DNA of 17,688 nt. Origin: Tubiluchus corallicola (Eukaryota > Animalia > Priapulida). Both the position numbers and the translations under genes were made by a program. The DNA lies in NCBI GenBank assembly GCA_030141605.1, contig JAQGDQ010002019.1:1-17688 (forward strand), read 5' to 3'. Below, piece by piece: positions 9,601 to 17,688 of the stretch (the stretch's first letter is position 1; each line of letters begins with the position of its first letter). The notes under the pieces are model-generated. The model did no database searches and was not told the origin of the DNA. It saw only the letters and a list, made by a program, of their open reading frames with translations.

Positions 9601-11795
9601 TCGGCTAATTGGGTCAAAACACTTCAGTTCCAAAGTGAGTCTATTAAGCGGCGCCTACTGTATCACTAAATTTACTGTTATTTTGCAAACAATAAACTCG
9701 CCTTGTTGTCTGAACTAACTACTAACTCTGCTCATTCTGTATCAAAAAGTTATTTCAAAACTTTGCTATTTGTAAATAGTTTTATGCTAAAGTAATGATG
9801 ATTTGAATGAGAAAAGTATAGACTTGAAAATTTGGTAAAATTTTGTTTTTTGTACAAAAGTCATATTGTAATTGTAGTCACAGAAAACACTGTCAACAGA
9901 GGTTAATACCACTGAATGCTTTATTGTAACATAATCAGCACATAAATGTCCCATATATCCCATATAGTGGATTAACCTGACTGTTCAGAGCACAGATGAC
10001 TAGCAGGTAACAAACTGAAAAACTGACCAAAACCAAAAGCTTTACATTCCCGCCACAGATGGCGCCTCGTGCACAAATTTGTAAGTAAGACTAACAAAAA
10101 ATCTAAGTCTGCTACAGTAATAAAGAACAAAATTATAATAAGCTAAGAAATGCATAGCTCATGTCTAAATGTAAAATTTAACTATGAATAAAACTTACTG
10201 ATGTCTCAGAATCACTGCTAGAAGAAAGCTTCTTTTTAATTTTCTCTTTTTTCGCTTTCTTTTCCTTTTTTTTCTTTTTCTCTTTCTTCTTCTTCTTCTT
10301 CGCCGATGTTTTGTGGTCCTGTAATTATTTTGACTTATGGGTGGTTGTTAGCTGTTATCATATTTAATCTTATCAAAAAAACCAGGAAATTTAGAAATAT
10401 TGAGTATGTAAGTGTGGATGCGACCAGTCTAGGCAAACAAATGGCAAAAATCAGTACTGAACTGCGCGATAGACCTGCAATTTATTAAAATAACAGATCA
10501 CAAAAAGTGCTTAAGAACGTGCTAAAGCTTATTACTATTTATACAAAATGAAAAGTTAGATTTAAGAAGACTGAAACACAAATTATTACTTTATGATTCT
10601 AGACATTTGAAGTAATTCTAACCAATTTAAACTATTAACTAATTATAAAAGTAGATGGTGACTTACATTTACTAGTGACAACTTTGGCTTGAAAATACAA
10701 CTAGTGACTGTTAAATTGTAACAAAATAGACAAAGCAATGCAAGTATCACCAAACAGCATGATCAGCATAGCCGCAACAGAAAATCTAACTACGTGTAAA
10801 AACAACTGTGATTGATAGCTGGCGTTTACTACTAAAGCTTAGGTCACATGACTAAGGTTGGCTCCGTTTTAAACACTTTCAGGAAATGCATGTTTGTAAA
10901 AATACGGAAAAAAACAAATAATTATAGAATGCTAGATTAAATTGCTTGACACCAACAGTAAGTTAGATGAGTGAAAAATAATTTTTTTGCAGTAATTACA
11001 CTTCTTTGCTTTTCGATTCGATCTGATACTGAAGGCAGGATCCATTTATCATCGCCTCGATATTTTCTTTCTTCGTCTCTTCGTTGTTTCTTGTCATACT
11101 CCAATTTAGCCTGCAAGTAAATAAGGTTATTTAGGTTTCAGAAAATTTAGAAAAACATAATGAGTAGCCTCGGTTAGTTGTGGAAGAAAACCAACATAGA
11201 TCAATAAAATTTGACATTTAGTTAAGAAATAAAGCAAAGATTACGGATGGTGTTGAGAATTTTCTATAGTTTAGGGCCAGCATCACTTTTTATCACATGA
11301 TTGGTAAGTTTCTAATCATTGCTCCACACATTCCTATAAAATGCGTTCAAAATTCTCGCCTTTATATTTTTATCAGGACCGGTTTTAAGCCAATTAGACA
11401 GATTTGTTCTAACTGCGTCCGACGCACATGCTCAGGCGGAGGACACTATATGACGACTTAATGAATTAATGCGTGTCCAGTGAGCTTGATGTTTTTGCTA
11501 ATTGTTTTGTCATTTCAGTTTACCGTCACCATTTTATTTTTTTAAAAAAGGTATTTGGCGAATCCTATATGCATTAGCTAATTCGTCACTTTAACATTTT
11601 GTAACTTAAACTAAAAGTTGTTTTCTTCTTATAATTCTGTGTATAAAATGCTAACAACAAATTTTTAAAAACCTGGTTCTGATTGTAAACTATTGATACC
11701 TTTTGAAGTACTTCTTCTCTAGCTTCGCGAATCTGCTGTCTTTCGATTTGTTTCTGAGACAAACTCACAAATTTCACGTTACTGGGAGCTGCCAT
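2242..11795 (-). CDS. CWF19L2: CWF19-like protein 2 (Cwf19 family, spliceosome-associated), N-terminal ~518 aa; join of 7 exons 11795-11700, 11110-11000, 10318-10199, 7824-7756, 6613-6491, 5430-5224, 3070-2242; 3'-partial
   Basis: Exons spliced by hand stay in frame with GT-AG borders. They give the motif order I recall for animal CWF19L2: REEVLQKAK..RGDDKWILPSVSDRIE, a Lys-rich tract plus SSSSDSE, WIEK, RDDWM, ERELNPYWKHGGCGVP, DGGASWIKRAYERAIEQA..SLEEVATERWGSLDKLQKLL. Recognition is from memory, not a database search. Confidence 0.9.
2745..3003 (-). repeat. Coding tandem repeats in exon 7: 27 bp (DRKSNPVIQ x~3.7, 2745-2846) and 45 bp (APKxAERTERGxWKT x2, ~2913-3003)
   Basis: Visible in both the DNA and the translation; unit lengths are multiples of 3. 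Confidence 0.93.
3243..3917. repeat. 30-bp tandem repeat (TTTTTTCTTTGAGGCAGTTTCAACTTCTAC) split into 4 copies (3243-3368) and 2 copies (3857-3917) by a LINE insertion
   Basis: The same unit resumes in register on both sides of the 3369-3856 insert. Confidence 0.92.
3369..3856 (+). mobile_element. 5'-truncated LINE 3' end, family 2 (last ~20 codons plus ~420 nt 3' UTR and A-rich tail)
   Basis: ..IQKFKKKYRAMILNKYNTS* resembles a CR1/L2-group ORF2 end. Stem CAGTGGGCT (3660-3668)/AGCCCACTG (3690-3698); (AATA)n tail; candidate target-site duplication (TSD) ACTTTT at 3363-3368 and 3857-3862. Confidence 0.75.
4210..4580 (+). mobile_element. Solo LTR of an LTR retrotransposon (371 bp, 5-bp TSD)
   Basis: Starts TGTTGTG; TATATAA 4333-4339; AATAAA 4507-4512; ends CGCAATT; flanked by ACCAG at 4205-4209 and 4581-4585; the host LINE sequence resumes after the second ACCAG. 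Confidence 0.75.
4673..5160. mobile_element. Non-autonomous hAT (Charlie-like) DNA transposon / MITE, 488 bp
   Basis: Perfect 16-bp terminal inverted repeats (TIRs) CAGGGGTGTGCAAATT / AATTTGCACACCCCTG; 8-bp TSD TGTTATTG / AGTTATTG (7 of 8 match); repeated subterminal GGCCCG motifs; no transposase. Confidence 0.9.
5224..5430 (-). CDS. CWF19L2: CWF19L2 exon 6 (SGKHERELNPYWK...EEVATERWG)
   Basis: Lies within ORF 5143..5448; acceptor GCTTAAG| (AAG type), donor |GTAAGT at 5223; 207 nt; most diagnostic motifs ELNPYWK and DGGxSW. Confidence 0.92.
5684..5750 (+). repeat. Dispersed repeat CAGGGATGAGAAnGACAAATTGCAAAAAACTCTGAAACAG...GCAACAAATTGCAATT, copy 1 (intron 5)
   Basis: Near-identical to 6912-7041 but lacks the internal G/C-run segment; a CAGGG start is typical of DNA transposon ends. 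Confidence 0.7.
5792..5852. repeat. 30-bp perfect tandem duplication
   Basis: ACCTTGTTTCATGCATAATTTAAAATACTC x2. Confidence 0.93.
6491..6613 (-). CDS. CWF19L2: CWF19L2 exon 5 (RDDWMSLGSTAMFSTVSRHELKERQRQEKEMSEPKPSPIEQ)
   Basis: Acceptor TTTAACAG|, donor CAG|GTAGCT; 123 nt; RDDWM motif. Confidence 0.85.
6640..6672. repeat. (TCAA)n microsatellite, ~8 units
   Basis: Direct reading; lies ~26 nt inside intron 4 from the exon 5 acceptor. Confidence 0.93.
6912..7041 (+). repeat. Dispersed repeat copy 2 (intron 4), probable MITE end with G/C-run core
   Basis: Shares both flanks with 5684-5750; the core holds several G4-5 and C5 runs; no matching opposite TIR found. Confidence 0.65.
7042..7686. repeat. 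Compound trinucleotide repeat (GAG/AAG/AAC/GAC) with higher-order blocks, intron 4
   Basis: Recurrent blocks ACGATGACGACTAGGAAGAG(GAG)n, AAGAAGAACAAGAACCAAG and ACGATGACGGCAAGGAAGAG; almost no T on the + strand. Confidence 0.95.
7756..7824 (-). CDS. CWF19L2: CWF19L2 exon 4 (EEAQEAVWIEKETVERKDDEPLK)
   Basis: Acceptor TTACAG|, donor AAG|GTATTT; 69 nt; W-I/V-E motif at the expected position. Confidence 0.8.
8034..8149. repeat. 31-bp minisatellite, ~3.7 copies
   Basis: Unit AGGAATTATATTATAACATCTATGCATCATG starting at 8034, 8065, 8096 and 8127. Confidence 0.94.
8307..8517. repeat. Same 52-bp minisatellite, ~4 copies, in intron 3
   Basis: Same unit and orientation as 1-416; the last unit is degenerate (GCCATATCAAAGCTG). 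Confidence 0.96.
8724..8850 (-). mobile_element. Possible retroposon 3' tail remnant
   Basis: The minus strand ends GGACAATAAACTATTCTATTCT, an AATAAA plus short (TTCTA)n tail like CR1/L2-group ends. The extent is uncertain and there is no coding remnant. Confidence 0.3.
9580..9662. mobile_element. Possible Tc1/mariner-type MITE end
   Basis: Ends ...CTATTAAGCGGCGCCTACTG|TA (a CAGT-type terminus next to TA); the partner TIR was not found. Confidence 0.3.
10199..10318 (-). CDS. CWF19L2: CWF19L2 exon 3 (DHKTSAKKKKKKEKKKKKEKKAKKEKIKKKLSSSSDSETS)
   Basis: Acceptor TTACAG|, donor |GTAAGT; 120 nt; Lys-rich (NLS-like) then Ser/acidic tract. Confidence 0.87.
11000..11110 (-). CDS. CWF19L2: CWF19L2 exon 2 (AKLEYDKKQRRDEERKYRGDDKWILPSVSDRIEKQRS)
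   Basis: Acceptor TTACTTGCAG|, donor |GTAATT; 111 nt; RGDDKWILP motif. Too short for the ORF track. Confidence 0.88.
11700..11795 (-). CDS. CWF19L2: CWF19L2 coding exon 1 (MAAPSNVKFVSLSQKQIERQQIREAREEVLQK)
   Basis: ATG in CAAAATGG context; 96 nt; donor AAG|GTATCA at 11699; phase 0. Confidence 0.85.
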
Positions 11796-12070
11796 TTTGG
11801 TAGATTAGACAGCGCATTTGTGTTTTCAGCCAATCGCAAAGAACTTGCGCAGAAAGTCTGCGTGAGGCCGCCCCAGACCAGTAGTTATAGTGACTAGACA
11901 TACGCGTAGAGTCGTAGACGATCAGACACCTTATTGGTCATATATACTACACTTGAGATACATGAAATTTGTCGTTTCACTTTTGCACAGATTAGTAATA
12001 AGTAATTAGCGCAACAAATTCGCAACTAGGCAATACACACAGTACATGCTTCACGGTCTCTTCCGCCCCT
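11791..12070. promoter_or_regulatory. Putative TATA-less promoter of CWF19L2, possibly bidirectional
   Basis: Locally richer in GC and CpG. AGCCAATCG (CCAAT 11830-11834), GC box GGCCGCCCC 11866-11874, reverse CCAAT (ATTGG 11933-11937), CCGCCCC 12063-12069, YY1-like GCCATTTTG 11791-11799 overlapping the start codon. Confidence 0.55.
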
Positions 12071-12193
12071 ATTCCGTCCTTTGACTCAAACTTCTGATTA
12101 GTCCCAAGCAGTCAGCCTGCTTTAGTTTCGAATTAATGGTTTCAATTTATTACGTGGTTTCAAATTGTTACGTTGACGTGACCAGTTTAATAT

Positions 12194-12768
12194 AGTTTAA
12201 TTCGAGACGTCTATAAGATGTTTGCTGCACTTTGCATGATTCCTAGAGGTACAGCTGTACAATGAGTTTAATTCGAGACGTCTATAAGATGCTTGCTGCA
12301 CTTTTGCATGATTCCTAGAGAGGTACAGCTGTACAATGAGTTTAATTCGAGACGTCTATAAGATGCTTGCTGCACTTTTGCATGATTCCTAGAGGTGCAG
12401 CTGTACAATGAGTTTAATTCGAGACGTCAATAAGATGCTTGCTGCACTTTTGCATGATTCCTAGAGGTACAGCTGTACAGTGAGTTCAATTCGAGACGTC
12501 TATAAGATGCTTGCTGCACTTTTGCATGATTCCTAGAGGTGCAGCTGTACAATGAGTTTAATTCGAGACGTCTATAAGATGCTTGCTGCATTTTTGCATG
12601 ATTCCTAAGATGTACAGCTGTACAACGAATTTAATTCGAGACGTCTATAAGATGCTTGCTGCATTTTGCATGATTCCTAGAGGTACAGCTGTACAATGAG
12701 TTTAATTCGAGACGTCTATAAGATGCTTACTGCATTTTGCATGATTCCTAAAGGTACAGCTGTACAAT
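12194..12768. repeat. ~72-bp minisatellite, 8 copies, upstream of the CWF19L2 promoter
   Basis: Units start at 12194, 12265, 12339, 12411, 12483, 12555, 12628 and 12699; consensus AGTTTAATTCGAGACGTCTATAAGATGCTTGCTGCACTTTTGCATGATTCCTAGAGGTACAGCTGTACAATG. Confidence 0.96.
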
Positions 12769-13068
12769 TCCCAGTTATTTATGCAGTTTACAAAAATAAA
12801 TATACATCGTGTAAGTTGAATATCAAGTGCACTCAAAATACTCTCCTCTTACTCATGTATTGTAAATATTATTGTGAGGACTGCTGACGAATAAAGGCTT
12901 CTTTGAGGGAAAGTTTGAAAAAGTGGGTCGCTCTCTCCAATAATTATGACAGCAACCAATCAAATTAGTGAACTAATGGCTGAGTAATGGCATACGTGTT
13001 TCATAGATTCCTTGTTTGATAAAAGGTTTATACGTATTTATTGGGATTTATTGCTGTTCAGACTCAAG

Positions 13069-13139
13069 CTGAAGCTCGGATGGATACGAAATATCAACAC
13101 CAAACTGAAGCACGGATGGATACGAAATACCAACACCAA
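13069..13139. repeat. 36-bp tandem duplication
   Basis: CTGAAGCwCGGATGGATACGAAATAyCAACACCAA x2 with 2 mismatches. Confidence 0.9.
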
Positions 13140-13252
13140 TGATGGAAGAACTAGGAAAAATTTCCCTCGGATTTGTGTTGCCTATTATATTATTAAAGAA
13201 GGATTTGTTATGAAGAAAGATGACTTTTTGTGAATTATTTTGCGATTGTTGT

Positions 13253-13253
<1 letters not shown>

Positions 13254-13348
<95 letters not shown>

Positions 13349-13948
13349 CAGCAGCAGTAGTAGTATCTTTATTTGCCATTTTAAAAACATTGACCATCAT
13401 AATAAAAGACAGACAATCAGTGTTAGTTCATTCGAAAACAGACACTGTTCTGGGCAAATGCGTCTGGTGCAAGCTAAACTATAAGTGCAACTAGAAATTC
13501 AAAAATAAAATATAAACTAGTTTAGTAAGGTCTAGGAAAAATGAAATTATGATTTGAGTGAGTATCATCGTGTTCGTATGTCGGATATTCAAAACGAGTC
13601 ATTAAATGTTTTTTTTAATTTGGACTTGAATATTGATAAAGAGCTGCTGAGTTTTAGTGATGTCGGTAATGAATTCCAAAGTTGTATTGCTTGCTTAGTA
13701 ATGGAATTCTTTCCATATTGATTCTTCGTTCTAATGTTTCTTAAATTTAGTGTTCTGTTATTCATACTGGGGTTTTTAAGAAGTGGGAGCTTATTGTTTT
13801 TGAAAGGAGAATTAATATTGTTGATATATTTATAGAGGAACAAGAGAGTTTGATAATCTCTGTGGGCTTCTAATATCGGGATTTTCATGGAGTTTCTTAA
13901 AGAAGTGCCACAGTGATCTGCATAGCTGTGACTACGCAAGTCTAGAAA
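13254..13948 (-). mobile_element. 5'-truncated CR1/L2-group LINE related to family 1, with a (TAC)n tail
   Basis: The C-terminal part of ORF 13589..14020 reads QTLLFLYKYINN...YGKNSITKQAIQLWNSLPTSLKLSSSLSIFKSKLK. The 3' UTR ends GGCAAATAAAGAT followed by (TAC)n at 13254-13365. Confidence 0.88.
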
Positions 13949-14723
13949 GCAAGTGACCGTGCAGCTCCCAAGCAAGCCGAGAGAACGGAAAGGGGTCGGG
14001 GGAAAACAGCTCCCAAGCAAGCCGAGAGAACGGAAAGGGGTTGGTGGAAAACGGAAGTAGAACCTAGACGTATGGAGAGAAGTGAATGGTCCAATGAACA
14101 GAAAAATTCACTTGAAAGGGATAGGAAATGTAATCCAGTAATCCAGGATAGGAAAAGTAATCCAGTAATCCAGGATAGGAAAAGCAATCCAGTAATCCAG
14201 GATAGGAAAAGTAATCCAGGTGATAGAAAACATGGTGCAGTTATTCAAAGTTTGGAAACTCATCATTTGTACGATGAGGGAAAAAGCAGGAAACATGCAG
14301 TTTCTTCTCCTAGTGAAAACCCGTCTGAAACGGACAAACAGAATCAAAGATTTCCTGACAAATTTAGTGAAGCTGGTGAAGGTTTGAATAGGAGCCAGAG
14401 AAACGATAAGCACAGTGAAAAAGATGCTGCAAGAAGACAGGTAAAAAGCAAGGTAACCGACGACCAATTAGCCGACGACGATGGTCCTAGGTACTCTGAA
14501 AATTTTCAAAGCAGCAGGTCGAATTTGCACCTCGGGACGAACAGGCGTTTCCAAAAACCAGGTGGCGCTTCGCAAAAGTTCTCGTCGCAAAAGTGGGAAG
14601 AAAAATTTAACACTTTAACTAGCAGGGCTCCAGGGTGGAAGCGGAAAGAATTCGTTTCTTCGTCGTCTGACAGAGCAGGATCGAGTAAATCTGTGGAGAG
14701 AGAGGAATCATCTTCATCTGAGA
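13949..14723 (+). pseudogene. CWF19L2: Inverted partial duplicate of CWF19L2 exon 7 (lacks the acceptor and first ~54 nt)
   Basis: Reverse complement of 2242-3016 with few substitutions; ORF 14072..14806 nearly matches 2147..3049; donor GTAAGT retained; no upstream exons in this orientation. Confidence 0.8.
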
Positions 14724-16316
14724 GTAAGTACAATGCTGTATGTATATATATATATATGACTATATATACTATATACTTCCTATATATACTATATATACCT
14801 CTGTGACTATATATATATAATAATCTTTATTTGCCATTAAAATACATTGATAATCACTGATAAAAACTTTACAGAGATGATCAATCAGTGTTAGTTAATA
14901 AAAGCTTACACTGCTAAAGGCAAATGCGTCAGTGCAATCTAAACTACTGTGCAGTAATGGAAAGTAACGACGAATAAAATCAAACGTATTTACAACTATG
15001 CACAAAAAATGAAAAAATTATGATTTAATTAATGTAGCCGTGGATATATGAATTCTGAATTAGTGTGTATGTTGTCGTGCTGGTGTGATGGTATTTCATA
15101 TCTGGTTAATATTAGTGATTTTAATTTTGTTTTAAATGCTGATAGGGACTTGATTTGTTTAACCTGTAATGGTAGAGAATTTCAAAGTAGAATTGCTTGT
15201 TTAATTACAGAGTTCGTTCCATAGTGGGTATTTGTCCTAATTTGTTTTAGATTGCTTGTTCTGGAATGTAATCATTATAATATATAATCATAATAAACAT
15301 GTGTGCGTCCGTAAGCCGGCATAGTTAAAAATACGTTATGATGGTTCAAAGAAGAATGCACAAAACATTTGGTCCAAAGTTGATTTTTTGGCTTTCTTAT
15401 AGAAACAAATACTAAATATATTGGACTTTTATATTTTAGGATCAAATTATCAAGAAAATGTCGAAAAAATACTAAAAATTTAATTTTGTAACCCTTGCCC
15501 ACTTTTCTGATTAGAAACTAGTACTGCAATTGTAAAAAACTTGTAAATTCCAGTAGTAGCTCATAGAAGCAGTCATTTTGCTTCCGGTTTTTTCCGTTGA
15601 CAAGACCAGATCTTCATCAGGAAGAGCCATCTACTGGATTTAAACATAGCTTGAATGTGCATAGTCCATAGCAACCACCCATTCGACCGGTTGCTAAGTG
15701 TTTTATACATTTAAAAAACAATGGCTGACTTTAACGGTGCTTTCTTCAAGATGAAATTTTTCTGTGCGCAGCCTGCATATTAACTTCAGCGTGGATTATC
15801 TCAGCTTAGAAATAACATGTGATGAACTGGTATCAAAATGATCCTCGTGAAATGAGATTCAGGATATTTGAATAACTAGAAAAACTTAATTGCCGACTTA
15901 TGGACGATTTTGCTATGCAAGCACACATATAGAGAAAAATTACTAGTGAAAAAATTTTGCTTATGAAGTCCGACACACATTTTTCTATTATATAGCGATT
16001 AGCAAGCTTGTAAAACTAGTCGAATTTTTGTTTTGCCCTAAATTGAACCGGCACAGCAATTCCCGTTGAATTCTGGAAGCTATTTCATGGCTTCCAGAGC
16101 TAGAGCTATATTTGGCAGCTTAAATGCGCTGAGTTAAGATGCCTTTTTAAACAGAGGAAATGTAAACTAATTTAACTGTGCTTTCAAGCTATCGTCTGCT
16201 TGTGAAATTAGTAAACTAATATACCTATGAGTTCTTGTGTTTGTGATTTTTGTTTTTTTACTAGACGAATAGACAATTTTTTCATGCTTTGTCACGCATA
16301 AACACAAACACTTCAC
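13949..16316 (-). repeat. Inverted segmental duplication (copy B) of 648-3016
   Basis: Collinear reverse complement covering exon 7, the TA repeat, the family-1 LINE (~14817-15268) and intron 7. Confidence 0.95.
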
Positions 16317-17688
16317 AAGCAGACGATAGCTTGAAAGCACAGTTAAATTAGTTTACATTTCCTCTGTTTAAAAAGGCATCTTAACTCAGCGCATTTAAGC
16401 TGCCAAATATAGCTCTAGCTTTGGAAGCCATGAAATAGCTTCCAGAATTCAACAGGAATTGCTGTGCCGGTTCAATTTAGGGCAAAACAAAAATTCGACT
16501 AGTTTTACAAGCTTGCTAATTGCTATATAATAGAAAAATGTGTGTCTGACTTCATAAGCAAAATCTTTTCGCTCGTAACTTTTCTCTATATGTGTGCTTG
16601 CATAGCAAAATCGTCCATAAGTCGGCAATTAAGTTTTTCTAGTTATTCAAATATCCTGAATCTCATTTCACGAGGATCATTTTGATACTAGTTCATCTCA
16701 TGTTATTTCTAAGCTGAGATAATCCACGCTGAAGTTAATATGCAGGCTGCGCACAGAAAAACTTCATCTTGAAGAAAGCACTGTTAAAGTTAGTCATTGT
16801 TTTTTAAAAATGTATAAAACACTTAGCAACCGGTCGAATGGGTGGTTGCTATGGACTATGCACATTCAAGCTATGTTTAAATCCACTAGAGGGCTCTTCC
16901 TGACGAAGATCTGGTCTTGGCTACAGAAACCGGAAGCAAATGATGAATGATTCTATGAGCTACTACTGGAATTTACAGGTTTTTACGATTGCGGTACTAG
17001 TTTCTATCAGAAAAGTGGGCAAGGGTTACAAAATTAAATTTTTAGTATTTTTTGACATTTTCTTGATAATTTGATCTAAAATATAAAAGTCCAATATATT
17101 TAGTATTTTGTTTCTATAAGAAAGCGAAAAAATCAACTTTTGACCAAATGTTTTGTGCATTCTTCTTTGAACCATCATAACGTATTTTGTATGCCGGCTT
17201 ACGGACGCACACATGTTTATTATGATTATATATTATAATGTTTAATTCCAGAAGAAGCAATCTAAAACAAATTAGGACAAATACCCTCTATGGAACGAAC
17301 TCTGTAATCAAACAAGCAATTTTACTTTGGAATTCTCTACCATTACAGGTTAAACAAATCAAGTCCCTATCAGCATTTAAAACAAAATTAAAATCACTAA
17401 TATTAACCAGATATGAAATACCATCACACCAGCACGACAACATACACACTAATTCAGAATTCATATATCCACGGCCATATTAATTAAATCATAGTTTTTC
17501 ATTTTTTTGTGCATAGTTGTAAATATGTTTGATTTTATTCGTCGTTACTTTCCATTACTGCACAGTAGTTTAGATTGCACTGACGCATTTGCCTTTAGCA
17601 GTGTAAGTTTTTATTAACTAACACTGATTGATCATCTCTGTAAAGTTTTATCAGTGATTATCAATGTATTTTAATGGCAAATAAGGAT
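16312..17688 (+). repeat. Direct duplication (copy C) of 758-2144, including the family-1 LINE fragment (~17245-17688)
   Basis: Collinear with 758-2144; ORF 17238..17483 shows the LINE C-terminus LLWNSLP..FKTKLK; runs to the window end. Confidence 0.95.

Noticed and set aside
10051-10066. CTCF-like motif CGCCACAGATGGCGCC
   Set aside because: Only the AGATGGCGC core matches; a single imperfect hit is not supportable.
12194-12768. CRISPR-like array (period ~72 bp, palindromic)
   Set aside because: The whole unit repeats, with no variable spacer.
13012-13233. 73-aa ORF as a protein-coding gene
   Set aside because: Non-ATG start, partly made of a 36-bp duplication, and no recognisable motif; kept only as a possible non-coding exon.
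13185-13484. Poly-T and poly-S ORFs
   Set aside because: Translations of the (TAC)n LINE tail.
14072-14806. Independent 244-aa gene
   Set aside because: It starts at an internal Met of the exon 7 duplicate and reads through the splice donor into a TA repeat.

Overview
AT-rich eukaryotic (animal-like, intron-rich) genomic DNA, not prokaryotic. The core is the 5' half of a spliceosome-associated CWF19-like protein 2 (CWF19L2) gene on the minus strand: 7 coding exons from the ATG at 11795 to a donor at 2241 (1555 nt, about 518 codons, all GT-AG). The C-terminal CwfJ domains are not in the window. The introns and flanks are packed with repeats: 5'-truncated CR1/L2-group LINE 3' ends of two families, a solo LTR and a hAT MITE nested in one LINE copy in intron 6, several minisatellites and a compound purine-rich microsatellite. 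The most unusual structure lies upstream of the promoter: an inverted copy of most of exon 7 plus intron 7 (13949-16316) that folds back through a 5-nt microhomology (TTCAC) into a third, direct copy, giving a ~2.9 kb palindrome. Its mosaic variant pattern fits either a real template-switch rearrangement with conversion or a fold-back/haplotype assembly artefact. I found no convincing novel protein-coding system.
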